From positions 256,001 through 320,000 of the forward strand of contig CAVVJT010000004.1 in the NCBI GenBank assembly GCA_963748625.1: a stretch of 64,000 nt of DNA, given 5' to 3'. Shown piece by piece: positions 49,659 to 59,873 of the stretch. Below the pieces are notes generated by a model. It was not told where the DNA came from. It ran no database searches and saw only the letters and a program-made list of their open reading frames with translations. A program made the position numbers and the translations under genes. Each line of letters starts with the position of its first letter. Position 1 is the first letter of the stretch. The DNA comes from an uncultured Chloroflexia bacterium. GTDB taxonomy: Bacteria; Chloroflexota; Limnocylindria; Limnocylindrales; CSP1-4.

Positions 49659-52600
49659 TCAGACGGCCGGCGGCACCCACTCGGTGATCGGGCGGACCTC
49701 GGCGATCCCGTCCTGGATCGCGGGCTCCAACGCCTCGGCGGCAGCGATGCCGGTCTCGATCGCCGTCAGGCAGAGGATGCCCTCGTTGATCGTTGCGAGG
49801 CGGATCTCGGCGGCGTCGCGGACGGCGCCGGAGCGCGGCGTTGGCGTGTTGACCACCAGCCGGACCTTGCCGCCGGCGATCGCGTCGAGGATCGCCTCCT
49901 CGTCGCCCACGGGCGCCTCGCCCAGCTTGGCGACCGGCAGTGCGTCCAGCCCGGCAGCGGCCAGACTGCGCGCGCGTCCCCGGGGTCGCGGCCAGCCGGT
50001 AGCCGGCCCGATCGAGGGCCCGCGCCACCCGCAGGAGGCCCCACTTGTCACGGTCGGCGATGGACAGCAGCGCGACCGGCGCCTCCTCCCCCGCCCCGGC
50101 GCGCGGTGGGACCAGCGCGGCCCCGACCAGCGCCTTGGCCATCGCGACTCGCGGATCCACCGCGATCCCGATGACCTCGCCCGTGGACTGCATGAACGGG
50201 CCGACGGACGGATCGACGCCCTTGAGCTTCGCCGTCGAGAACGCCGGCGCCTTGACGGCGACGAAGGCCGGGGGCGGCATGTGCCCGCGGGCCCAGCCGA
50301 GCTCGCGCAGGGTGGCGCCCAGCGAGATCCGCACGGCCAGCTCCACCATCGGCACACCGGTGACCTTGGACAGGAACGGCACGGTGCGCGATGCGCGCGG
50401 GTTGACTTCGATCAGGTAGACGCCGTCATCGCGGACGATGAACTGGGCGTTGACCAGGCCCCTGGCGCCGAGCGCGAGACAGATGCGCTGCATCGTCTCC
50501 ACGATGAGCGACTGGTCCCCCTCGGACACGCTCTGCGGCGGGAACCACGCGATTGAGTCGCCCGAGTGGATGCCAGCCCGCTCCACGTGCTCCAGGAGCC
50601 CCGGGATCAGGACCTCGGTGCCGTCGCAGACCGCGTCGATGTCCACCTCGATGCCCTCGAGAAACCGGTCGATGCGCACGGGCCGGTCGGGATCGACGAT
50701 GGCGGCCGACGCGAGGTGACGCGCCAGGTCCTCGGGCGAGTAGGCGAAGTCGATGGCAAGCCCGCCGATGACGAAGGACGGACGGACGATGACCGGGTAG
50801 CCGATCCGCTCGGCCAGGGTCAGCGCCTCCTCGATGGTCTCGGCCATGCCACCCTCGGGCTGGGGAATGCCCAGGCGGTCCAGCAGCGCGGAGAAGCGGG
50901 TGCGCTCCTCGGCCTGGTCGATGGCTTCGAGGTCCGAGCCGAGCAGGGGCACACCGGTGGCCACCAGCGGCGCGGCGAGGTTCAGGGGCGTCTGCCCGCC
51001 GAAGGCGACGACTGCCGGTAGGGGGTCCGCCGCATCCGGGCTCTCGAACTCGATGATCGACCGGACGGACTCCACATCGAGCGGCTCGAAGTAGAGGCGG
51101 GTGGATGCGTCGAAGTCGGTGGAGACGGTCTCGGGGTTGGAGTTGACCATCACCGCCGACCACCCCAGGCGGCGGAGGGTGTCGGCCGCCTGCACGGCGC
51201 AGTAGTCGAACTCGATCCCCTGCCCGATCCGGACCGGGCCACTGCCGATGACCAGGGCGGCGGGCCGCAGGACGGGCGGCGCCTCGGGGGGCGAGCCTGC
51301 CGACGCGTAGGTGGAGTAGAAGTACGGGGTCTCGGCCGCGAACTCGGCGGCGCAGGTGTCCACCATGGCGTACCCGGGCCGCAGGCCGAGCGCGTGGCGG
51401 GCGCCGCGCACGGCGGCCTCGTGCATGCCGGAGAGCGCGGCCAGGTCCTTGTCCGCGAACGAGGCCCGCTTCACGGTCGCAAGGAGCGCGGCCGCCTCGC
51501 CATCCTCGGGGTCCACCAGCCGCGCGCCCATCGCCCGCACGTCCGCCTCCAGGCCGATGTTGCGGCCCATCTCGGCGAGGAACCAGGCATTGATCCCGGT
51601 CGCGCGGCGGACCACCTCCTGCGGCACGCCCCGGCGCAGCAGACCGAGGACCCGCCACAGGCGCGAGTCGGACGGCTCCAGGAACCGTCGCAGCACGATC
51701 GGTGCGGCCGAGCGCTGGGCGAGCCGGGTGCTCTCGCAGGCCTGCCCGTCGGCGTCGATCCAGCGGATGGGTGCATCCTCGATCGTGAGCGTGTCGAGCC
51801 CGCCCACGCCCACGCGGATGCCGTCGCCCTCGTCGTCGTGGGCCACCCCCCCGTAGACCCCGGCGAGGTAGTCGAAGGTCGGGCCCCAGGACGGGTCTTC
51901 GCCCATCGGCCCGGCACCCGCCTGCTCCAGGCCCCGGAGCGCCTTGTTGAGCGCGGAGCCGAAGGTGCGGTCGATCGCCATGACCTCGCCGGTGGCCTTC
52001 ATCTGGGAGCCCAGGCGGCGGTCGGCGGTCGGGAACTTGTCGAACGGGAAACGAGGCAGCTTGACCACGACGTAGTCAAGCGCGGGCTCGAACGCGGCGA
52101 CCGTCGTGCCCGTCACCACGTTCGGGATCTCGGCCAGGGTTCGGCCGGCGGCAATCTGCGCCGCGACACGGGCGATCGGGTATCCGGTGGCCTTCGACGC
52201 CAGCGCGGACGAGCGCGACACGCGCGGGTTGACCTCGATCACCGCATAGTCGGTCGAGTCGGGCGAGAGCGCGAACTGGACGTTGCAGCCGCCCTCGACA
52301 CCCAGGCCGCGGATGATCGCGAGCGCCGCGGAGCGCAGTCGCTGGTGCACGGTGTCCGTCAGGGTCTGGACGGGCGCCACCACGATCGAGTCGCCCGTGT
52401 GCACGCCGAGCGGGTCCACGTTCTCCATCGAGCACACGGCGATGCACGTGTCCTCGTGGTCGCGCATGACCTCGTACTCGATCTCCTGCCAGCCCGACAG
52501 GTAGCGCTCGATCATGACCTGCTTGATGGGGCTCGCCCGCAGGCCGGACCGGATGCGCTCCCAGTAGGCCTCGGCGGTGTCGACGATGCCGCCGCCGGTG

Positions 52601-53169
52601 CCGCCCAGGGTGAACGCCGGCCGGATGATCGCCGGCAGGCCGATGAGCTCCAGCGCCACCTGTGCAGAGGCATGCCGGGCCTCGTCATCGGCACCTTCCA
52701 CGATGGCCGACGGCGCGTACGGCTGGCCGAGACGGTCGAGGAGGTCACGGAAGGCCTCGCGGTCCTCCGCCATGTGGATCGCCTCGAGCGGCGTGCCCAG
52801 CAGGCGCACATTGTGGCGCTCCAGGACGCCGGCCTGGGACAGCGCCATCGCCAGGTTCAGCGCGGTCTGGCCGCCGAGGCCCGCCAGGAGCCCCTCGGGC
52901 CTCTCGCGCGCGATCACCGCCTCGATCGCGGGCACGGTGAGCGGCTCCAGGTACACGGCGTCCGCCACGGTCGGGTCGGTCATGATCGTGGCCGGGTTGG
53001 AGTTCACGAGGATCGTGCGAACGCCCTCGGCGCGCAGCGCGCGGCACGCCTGGGTGCCCGCGTAGTCGAACTCCGCCGCCTGGCCGATGACCACCGGGCC
53101 GGAACCCAGGATCAGCACGGACGCGGGCTTCGGCCGGTGGGCGCGCGCCGGAGGTTGCGGCAGCGTCAT
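49659..53169 (-). CDS. carB: Carbamoyl-phosphate synthase large subunit (frameshift near 49975)
   Basis: GSGPVVIGQAAEFDYAG, NSNPATIMTD, GVHTGDS, IEVNPRVSRSS, GQGIEFDY and MGS domain. Confidence 0.96.
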
Positions 53170-54335
53170 GCGCCGCCCTTCCCGGCCGTCCGGCAGGCAT
53201 CCACGAACCGGTCGAACACGGCGAGCGCGTCGAGCGGCCCAGGCGCGCCCTCGGGGTGGTACTGCACGGACTCGATCGGCTTGGTGGCGTGGCGGAGACC
53301 CTCGACGGAGCGGTCGTTGAGGTTGACCTGGCTCACGCGGAACCCGGACGCCGCCGGGAGCGAGTCCGCGATGACCTGGACCTCGTGGTTCTGCGCGGTC
53401 ACCTGCACGTACCCCGTGTCGAGGTCCTGGACCGGGTGGTTCGCGCCGTGGTGCCCGAACCGCAGGCGGCGGGTCTCGGCGCCGGCCGCCCGGCCGATGA
53501 TCTGGTGGCCCAGGCAGATGCCCAGGAGCGGGCGGCCGTCCTCGATGATCGCGCGCGCCAGCGCGACCGGGCCGTCGAGCCGGGCCGGGTCCCCGGGGCC
53601 GGGCGACAGCACGACGCCGTCCACGTCGGCCGCGAGGACCTCCTCGGGCGAGGACGTGTGGGGCAGGATCCGGACGCGCGCACCGCGACGGCGCAGGGAG
53701 TTGATGATGTTGGCCTTGAGCCCGAAGTCCACGATCGCGACGAGCGGGCCCTCGTCCCCCACCTCGCGCACGGCCGCCGGCGAGACCTGGGCCACGAAAT
53801 CCTGCTCCTCCCATGCGGGGAGGCTGCGTGCGCGCTCAACGGCAGCGGTGGCATCCGTGAAGCCGGGCTCCGTGATCAGCGCGCGCTGGCAGCCGGAGCT
53901 CCGCATGTGGCGGGCGAGGGCGCGGGTGTCCACACCGGCGATGGCCGGGATGCCGTTGTTGCGCAGCATGGTGGCGAGCTGGCGCGCGTCGTCGAGCACC
54001 GCGGCCGTCGCATGCGCGACCACCAGGCCCCGGAGCCAGGGCTGCTCGCTCTGGTCGTCCGCCACGAGCCGGCCGTAGTTGCCGATCAGCGGATATGTCA
54101 TGACCACAACCTGGCCCGCGTACGAGGGATCGGTGGCGATCTCCTGGTAGCCGGTCTGGGAGGTGTTGACCACGAGGTCACCGCCCGAGGCAACGGGCGC
54201 GCCGAAGGCGATGCCAGGGAACACGCTCCCGTCCTCGAGCGCGAGCAGCGCCGGACCGGCGTCACCGACCCGCGGGTCGACGAGCGCGTCGGCGCGCGGC
54301 AGCGGCGGTTGAGGAGACAGCGGTGGGATGGACAC
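53166..54335 (-). CDS. carA: Carbamoyl-phosphate synthase small subunit
   Basis: TGYQE..TDPSY, SPGPGDP, GICLGHQ and QYHPE. Confidence 0.96.
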   Translation of the reverse strand: MSIPPLSPQPPLPRADALVDPRVGDAGPALLALEDGSVFPGIAFGAPVASGGDLVVNTSQTGYQEIATDPSYAGQVVVMTYPLIGNYGRLVADDQSEQPWLRGLVVAHATAAVLDDARQLATMLRNNGIPAIAGVDTRALARHMRSSGCQRALITEPGFTDATAAVERARSLPAWEEQDFVAQVSPAAVREVGDEGPLVAIVDFGLKANIINSLRRRGARVRILPHTSSPEEVLAADVDGVVLSPGPGDPARLDGPVALARAIIEDGRPLLGICLGHQIIGRAAGAETRRLRFGHHGANHPVQDLDTGYVQVTAQNHEVQVIADSLPAASGFRVSQVNLNDRSVEGLRHATKPIESVQYHPEGAPGPLDALAVFDRFVDACRTAGKGGA

Positions 54336-54392
54336 TCAGGCCCCGGCGGGCTGCGGCGGGCGGGCGCCACAGGCGGGCATGCGCATGCGCAA
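54336..54392 (-). CDS. Putative 18-aa uORF (TTG start, MRMRMPACGARPPQPAGA) abutting carA
   Basis: AGGAGG 6 nt upstream of TTG; its TGA is directly followed by the carA GTG in the same frame. Confidence 0.45.
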   Translation of the reverse strand: MRMRMPACGARPPQPAGA

Positions 54393-54403
54393 GTTCGACC
54401 TCC

Positions 54404-54447
54404 TAGCCGGCCTCTCTGGACCGGTACGCCAGCCTCACGGGACCGGC
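54404..54447 (-). promoter_or_regulatory. Tandem PyrR-binding RNA hairpins
   Basis: GCCGGTCCCGTGAGGCTGGC and CCGGTCCAGAGAGGCCGG match the PyrR loop consensus RUCCNGNGAGGY, upstream of carAB. Confidence 0.8.
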
Positions 54448-54483
54448 CTTCAGGAACGGGCGAAGGGTACCACGCGACAGACG

Positions 54484-55899
54484 TCAGCCGGGCAGGATGT
54501 CAGGCGAGCCCGTGGGATCCGACGGTGCCGGCGGGAGCGTGCTGCGGGCGGCGGGAAGCTCAACGCGGAAGACCGCGCCACCGTCCGGGCGGTTCGCGAC
54601 GCCGATGCGCCCGGCGTGACGCTCGGTGATCCATGACGCGATCGAGAGGCCCAGGCCCGTCCCCCCGGACGGCGCGCCAGGTGCCCTCCAGAAGCGGTCG
54701 AAGACGTGGGCCATGTCCTCCGGGCGCACGCCGGGCCCACGATCCGCGACGTCGATCCAGGCGGTGGCGTTGGCCGCACGGACCGTCACCTCGACAGCAC
54801 TGCCCCGCGGGCTGTGCCGGACGGCATTGTCCACGAGGATCGTGATCAGCTGACGCAGCCGCATCGGGTCGCCCACGACCATCGCCGGCTCCGGGTCCAC
54901 CTGGACCGCCACGCCCCGGGTCTCTGCGATGCGTCCCAGCGCGGAGGCGGCCTCGAAGGCGATGTCGCCCAGGTCGAGCGGCACCCGGTCGAGGGCGATC
55001 GCACCGGAGTCCGAGCGCGCCAGCAGCAGGAGGTCGTCCACGAGGGTCGCGAGGTGGCCGACCTCGGCGTCGATGTCGTCGAGTGCCTCCTGCGACACGC
55101 GGACCGGCTCGTCACGGTGCCGCTGCAGGTGCTCCACCGACGAGCGGATGACGGTGAGGGGCGTGCGCAGCTCGTGGCTCGCATCGGCGGCGAACTCCCG
55201 CTGGCGGCGCAGGGCCGTGCGCTGGGCCGCGAGCGACTCGCGGATGGGCACCATGGCCCGGCGCGCGTAGAGCGTCCCGAACCCGACGGACACGATGATC
55301 ACGAGCAGGCCACCGACCACCAGCACGAGCAGCAGGGCGTCAAGCGTGGAGACCTCGGTTGAGCGGTCCTGGAGCACCTGCACGAAGTAGGTTGCCCCGT
55401 CGTGGCCCACCAGGCTGCGGGTCAGGATCCGGATCGGGACCTCGCGGGAGGTCTCACGCGACTCGATCACGAGGACATCGGTGCGCACGTCGCGCCCGTC
55501 AGCGCGGGCAGCGGCGATCCCTTCAGGCTCCGGCAGGCCGCGCGGGATGACGACCTGGCGCTCGCCCTGGATGGGGGTGCCGGCGTCGTCGAACAGGTAG
55601 AGCAAGGTGTTGCCGCCGCCGAACTCGAACCCGAACTCGGGGCGTCCGCCGGTCGGGTCCTCGACGAGTCGAACCACCTGCTCGGCGCGCTGGTCGAGCT
55701 GGGCGATCGAGGCGGCCGCCAGGGTGTTCGCCACCACCGCGTACAGGACCGCGGCGAGGACGAGCAGCACGAGCATGGTGGAGGCACCGCTCCACGCCAC
55801 CAGGCGCCAGCGGACACGCCTGAGCAGGGCGGCCTCACCGGCAAGCGCGGCCTGTTCAGGCCCGTCATCGGTGGTGGCGAGGCGGACCCCGTCAGCCAT
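54484..55899 (-). CDS. Sensor histidine kinase
   Basis: Two TM helices; FAADASHELRTP, LVDNA, DRGPG, FDRF and GTGLGL. Confidence 0.93.
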   Translation of the reverse strand: MADGVRLATTDDGPEQAALAGEAALLRRVRWRLVAWSGASTMLVLLVLAAVLYAVVANTLAAASIAQLDQRAEQVVRLVEDPTGGRPEFGFEFGGGNTLLYLFDDAGTPIQGERQVVIPRGLPEPEGIAAARADGRDVRTDVLVIESRETSREVPIRILTRSLVGHDGATYFVQVLQDRSTEVSTLDALLLVLVVGGLLVIIVSVGFGTLYARRAMVPIRESLAAQRTALRRQREFAADASHELRTPLTVIRSSVEHLQRHRDEPVRVSQEALDDIDAEVGHLATLVDDLLLLARSDSGAIALDRVPLDLGDIAFEAASALGRIAETRGVAVQVDPEPAMVVGDPMRLRQLITILVDNAVRHSPRGSAVEVTVRAANATAWIDVADRGPGVRPEDMAHVFDRFWRAPGAPSGGTGLGLSIASWITERHAGRIGVANRPDGGAVFRVELPAARSTLPPAPSDPTGSPDILPG

Positions 55900-56569
55900 C
55901 GGCCAGCCGGTAGCCCACCCCGCGCACGGTCTCGATCCGCGAGCCGGCGTCACCGAGCTTCGTGCGCAGGTAGTGGATGTAGGCGTCCACCGCGTTCGGG
56001 GTCACGGCCACGCTGAACGGCCACGCATGGTCGAGCAGCTGGTCGCGGGTGAGGACCTGGCCGACGTGGCGCAGGAGCGCCTCGAGGAGCGAGAACTCGC
56101 GCGGTGAGAGCTCCACGGTCCTGCCGTCCACCAGGACCCGGCGAGCGGCCTCGTCGAGGACGATCGGCCCGGCCACGAGCTGCGGAGCAGGCCGGCGCGG
56201 TCCGGTCTCCGCCCGGCGCCCGAGCGCCCGCAGGCGTGCCGCCACCTCGGCATAGGCGAAGGGTTTCACGACGTAGTCGTCGGCGCCGGCGTCGAGTCCC
56301 ATGACCCGGTCGTTCACGGTGTCGCGGGCGGTCAGCATCAGGATGCTGACGTCGATTCCCGCCGACCGGATACGCCGGGCCACGTCGAGGCCCGACATGT
56401 CCGGCAGCCCGATGTCGAGAATGACGGCGTCCAGACCTGAGATCGCCTGCGCCAGCTCGAGGCCGGTCCGGCCGTCGGGCGCGTGCTCGACGATGTGCCG
56501 GTCCTCCTCGAGGAGGCGGGTCAGCGCGCGGGCGAGCCGGTCGTCATCCTCGACCAGGAGCAGGTGCAT
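55892..56569 (-). CDS. OmpR-family response regulator (MprA-like)
   Basis: VEDD, LDIGLP, KPF and winged helix ending ETVRGVGY. Confidence 0.95.
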   Translation of the reverse strand: MHLLLVEDDDRLARALTRLLEEDRHIVEHAPDGRTGLELAQAISGLDAVILDIGLPDMSGLDVARRIRSAGIDVSILMLTARDTVNDRVMGLDAGADDYVVKPFAYAEVAARLRALGRRAETGPRRPAPQLVAGPIVLDEAARRVLVDGRTVELSPREFSLLEALLRHVGQVLTRDQLLDHAWPFSVAVTPNAVDAYIHYLRTKLGDAGSRIETVRGVGYRLADG

Positions 56570-56588
56570 GGGTGGGCCTCGGATGGCG

Positions 56589-57371
56589 TCAGGGTACGAC
56601 CGTCACGTCGCCGGCCGTGCCGAGCGTGATGCTTCCATCGTCGCCCCGGGTGACCTGGTCGGGCCGGACGCCCTCGCCCAGCTCCACCTGCACCGTCGAG
56701 CCCGCCTTGACGTCCGACGCGCTGGCGGCGACCTGCTGATGGTACGTCGTGGAGCCGTCGAGCCCGAAGGTCACGGTCTGGCCGTTGGCGAGCGAGACGG
56801 TGATCGAGTCCGCGTCCACCGCCGTGACCGTGCCGGTCAGGCCGCCCGGGCCGACGCCCCGCCCGAACCCGCGGTCGAAGCCCACGCCGTGGTCGGGGTC
56901 GCCCTCGAAGCCGCCGTCGCCATTGCCGTTGAGGTCGAAGCTTGCGCCCGGCCCACGACGCGTGAGCGGGCCACCCTGGCCGTTGCCGTCGGTGACGCCG
57001 TTGTCGTCGCCGTTCGAGACGCCCGACCCGGTGGTTGCGGACTCCGGCGAGCTGCTGGCGCGCCCCGCCGCGAAGGACACGCCGACCGCGCCCAACAAGA
57101 GAGCGCCGACCAGGGCGACCGTGAGCACGTTCGATGTGCCCTTGGGACCACCCTTCGAGATGGCGGCCGGCTGCGCCGCGTGGGCGGGTTCAGGGGCGAC
57201 CGGCATGAACGCCGGCGCGAGCTGAGGGGCCGGGGCCACACCTGGCACCGGTGCGGATGCTGCAGGCACGGGCGGGACGGGCGGCTGGGCTGGCGGAAAC
57301 GGCGGCTGGGCAACCGGTTCGGTCACGCTGCCGGGCTCCGGATCGACCGGCCGGAAGTCGGGATACGTCAC
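56589..57371 (-). CDS. Membrane-anchored Gly-rich protein with DUF5666-like OB domain
   Basis: Pro-rich N-terminus, TM helix and GTVTAVDADSITV...T...DVKAGSTV. Confidence 0.65.
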   Translation of the reverse strand: MTYPDFRPVDPEPGSVTEPVAQPPFPPAQPPVPPVPAASAPVPGVAPAPQLAPAFMPVAPEPAHAAQPAAISKGGPKGTSNVLTVALVGALLLGAVGVSFAAGRASSSPESATTGSGVSNGDDNGVTDGNGQGGPLTRRGPGASFDLNGNGDGGFEGDPDHGVGFDRGFGRGVGPGGLTGTVTAVDADSITVSLANGQTVTFGLDGSTTYHQQVAASASDVKAGSTVQVELGEGVRPDQVTRGDDGSITLGTAGDVTVVP

Positions 57372-57457
57372 GGGCGTCTCCTGTGGTGCCAAGGGGCGGC
57401 ACCACGCGCTTTCGATCGGGCTGGGCGGCACGCCGGGCAGGGACCTGGCGCGCCAGC

Positions 57458-57490
57458 ATCGTCGCCCGTGCTCGTGAGAACCCGCTGAGA
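57458..57490 (-). promoter_or_regulatory. MprA-box-like direct repeat promoter TCTCAG-N5-TCTCAC-N10-GACGAT
   Basis: Same architecture as 61254-61286. Confidence 0.65.
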
Positions 57491-57530
57491 GCGCCCGACG
57501 AGCGCCCTGCCATCCTCGGGCGCCCCTGCC

Positions 57531-58472
57531 TCAGGCGCCCTGGGCGCGGGCCTCGTCCACGAGCTCGAGGGCATCGCCGATCGGGATGGCGAACCCGAGC
57601 CCCTGCGCGATCGTCGAGACGGCTGTGTTGATCCCGATCACCGCTCCGGCGGCATCGAGCAGCGGTCCGCCGCTGTTGCCCGGGTTGATCGCGGCGTCCG
57701 TCTGGATCAGGTTGCGCAGCGTGACCGGGGATCCGCTGACCTCGTCGGTGACGGTGACCTCCCGCCCCAGGCCGGACACGATGCCCCGGGTCACGGTCTC
57801 GGTGTACGTGCCGAGCGGGCTGCCGATCGCGATCGCCGTCTGACCCACCTCCAGCATGTCGGACGTCCCGATCTGCGCTGCGGACAACCCTCGGGCCGTC
57901 ACCTTGACGAGTGCGAGGTCGTTCGAGGTGGACGCGTGGATGAGACGGGCGCTGAGCAGCTCGCCGGTGTGCAGTGCGACCGTCAGGGTCTGCGCACCCT
58001 CGATCACATGGCGGTTGGTCAGGATGTACCCGTCGGACGTGAGGATGATCCCGGAGCCGACGCCCTGGATCGGATGCCCGAATGGCAGGAACCCACCGGT
58101 GCTTGCGCCGTCGGCGGTGATGGTCACCACCGTCTCGCGCGCGTCAGCGACAACCTCGGTGAGGTCCACAGCCTGCACGGTGGTGCCCGCCGCGGTGGTG
58201 GTCGCCGTGGGCAGGGCGCGGACGGGGGCGATCGGCTCGGGAAGCAGCCGATCGACGGCGAACGCCGTGCCCGCCGATGCCAGCACTGCCGACAGGACAG
58301 CCGCGAGGAGGATGCTGCCGAGCCCGCGGGACGGACGATCCGGCGACGTGGACGCAGCCGCGGGGGCCACGGGCGATGCCGGCTCAGGGGCAGGCTCCGG
58401 CAGGGGCTCCACATCCGCTGCCTCGGGCATGGGCCACTCCGGCATGGTGGACGGATCGTGGGGGGCGGTCAT
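57531..58472 (-). CDS. HtrA/DegP-like serine protease without PDZ domain
   Basis: GSGIIL, TNRHV, DLAL and QTDAAINPGNSGGPL; N-terminal TM. Confidence 0.9.
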   Translation of the reverse strand: MTAPHDPSTMPEWPMPEAADVEPLPEPAPEPASPVAPAAASTSPDRPSRGLGSILLAAVLSAVLASAGTAFAVDRLLPEPIAPVRALPTATTTAAGTTVQAVDLTEVVADARETVVTITADGASTGGFLPFGHPIQGVGSGIILTSDGYILTNRHVIEGAQTLTVALHTGELLSARLIHASTSNDLALVKVTARGLSAAQIGTSDMLEVGQTAIAIGSPLGTYTETVTRGIVSGLGREVTVTDEVSGSPVTLRNLIQTDAAINPGNSGGPLLDAAGAVIGINTAVSTIAQGLGFAIPIGDALELVDEARAQGA

Positions 58473-58569
58473 GCGGAAGCTCCAGCCTGGACGCGACGCT
58501 GCTGCGTGTCCCAAGAGTGCCCCATGTCGGGCAGCCGCGCTTGCGAGCGCCCGGGAGGCACCACGGCAC

Positions 58570-59370
58570 TCATCCGGTCGTGCCCGGATCCAGGAGGTCG
58601 GCCAGCATCGGCGTCCAGACGATGCGCCCCTCATCGGTGATGCCGAGGGCGCCGAACCCGGGCTGGCGCGCCACCCAGCCGATCCCCGCCTCCCCCATCG
58701 CGAAGCCCGCCGTCGCGAACGCGTCGGTCGTCGCCAGGTCGGGCCCCACGACCGTCAGGCTGCGGAGCCCGGTCGGCGCGGACCCGCTGTGCGGATCGCG
58801 GATGTGGGCGCCCCGCTCGTACAGGCCCGATGTCGCGACCGCGAGGCCGCGCACCAGCAGCACGGCCGCCACGGCGCCCGCGTCGTCCGGGTGGCGCACG
58901 CCGACACGCCACGGCCGCCCTGGCTCGGGCTCACCGAGCGCGATGAGGTCGCCGCCGGCGACCACCTGCACATTGCGTGCACCGGCGACCCGGAGCCCGG
59001 CGATCGCCTCGTCGACCGACCAGCCCTTGACCACGCCCGTGGGATCCGGCCGGCCGTCGTCGCGGTGGCCACGCGGGTCGAAGTAGCCGTCCGTGCGCTC
59101 GCGCAGGCGGTCGGCGAGGGTGAACATCGAGCGGACGTCAGCGTCGGCGGCGTCGAAGGGAAGGTCGCCGCTGCCGACACGCGTGACCTGGCTGTCCTCC
59201 CGGTACGGCGAGAACCGCCGGTCCACGTCGTGGAACCACGCGATCGCCGCGTCGAGCGCGGCCTCGTCCACGAACGGGTGCCGGACGTCGATCGTGACCG
59301 TGGTGCCCATCACCGGCTCCACGCGCAACTGCCGCTCAGCCATCGGAACGGTCGTCCCGGTGCCGGCCAT
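58570..59370 (-). CDS. apbE: FAD:protein FMN transferase
   Basis: MGT, DPTGVVKGW, GGD, ATSGLYERG.HI.DP and DAFATA. Confidence 0.9.
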   Translation of the reverse strand: MAGTGTTVPMAERQLRVEPVMGTTVTIDVRHPFVDEAALDAAIAWFHDVDRRFSPYREDSQVTRVGSGDLPFDAADADVRSMFTLADRLRERTDGYFDPRGHRDDGRPDPTGVVKGWSVDEAIAGLRVAGARNVQVVAGGDLIALGEPEPGRPWRVGVRHPDDAGAVAAVLLVRGLAVATSGLYERGAHIRDPHSGSAPTGLRSLTVVGPDLATTDAFATAGFAMGEAGIGWVARQPGFGALGITDEGRIVWTPMLADLLDPGTTG

Positions 59371-59373
59371 GCG

Positions 59374-59817
59374 TCATGCCCCTGCCGAGTCGAGCGCGGC
59401 CTGGAGCGACCGGGCGTAGGCCGTGCTGGTGTACGTCGCGCCCGAGAGGCCGTCGATGCTGGCGCTCTGGGCGTCCAGGGCCTGGCTGCGGAGGACCGGC
59501 TCCACCCGCTGCGAGATCTGGAGCGAGCGGCGGTCACCGTCAGGCAGCTGGAGGGCGGTGACGTCGGTGATGGCGCCATCCTGCAGCGTGACGGACACCT
59601 GGACGACGCCCCAGCGGGTGGAAACCGCGGGTCCGGTGACCGTCTGTGTGGTGGACTCGTCCGTACCGCCCGCGGCGGGTGCACCGGCGATCGCACCGGC
59701 GCGATCGAGCGTGGTCGTCCCGGTCGCAGGATCAATGCCGCCCGGGTCGCGGAAATTGAGGAGCAGGACGAGCGCAAGGGCCGTCAGCGCGAGGGCGGTG
59801 GCTCCACGCTTCGGCAT
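59374..59817 (-). CDS. Extracytosolic FMN-binding protein
   Basis: IDGLSGATYTS flavinylation motif. Confidence 0.9.
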   Translation of the reverse strand: MPKRGATALALTALALVLLLNFRDPGGIDPATGTTTLDRAGAIAGAPAAGGTDESTTQTVTGPAVSTRWGVVQVSVTLQDGAITDVTALQLPDGDRRSLQISQRVEPVLRSQALDAQSASIDGLSGATYTSTAYARSLQAALDSAGA

Positions 59818-59873
59818 TGTGAGGACTCCTTTCGGGTGGCGGGCCGGGGGCAGGCGCAAGGTCGGGGGTGGGG

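Noticed and set aside
48880-53814. 1644-aa ORF suggesting a CarB-ferritin fusion
   Set aside because: Artefact of a frameshift near 49975; the true CarB C-terminus ends at 49659 and ferritin has its own start at 49551.
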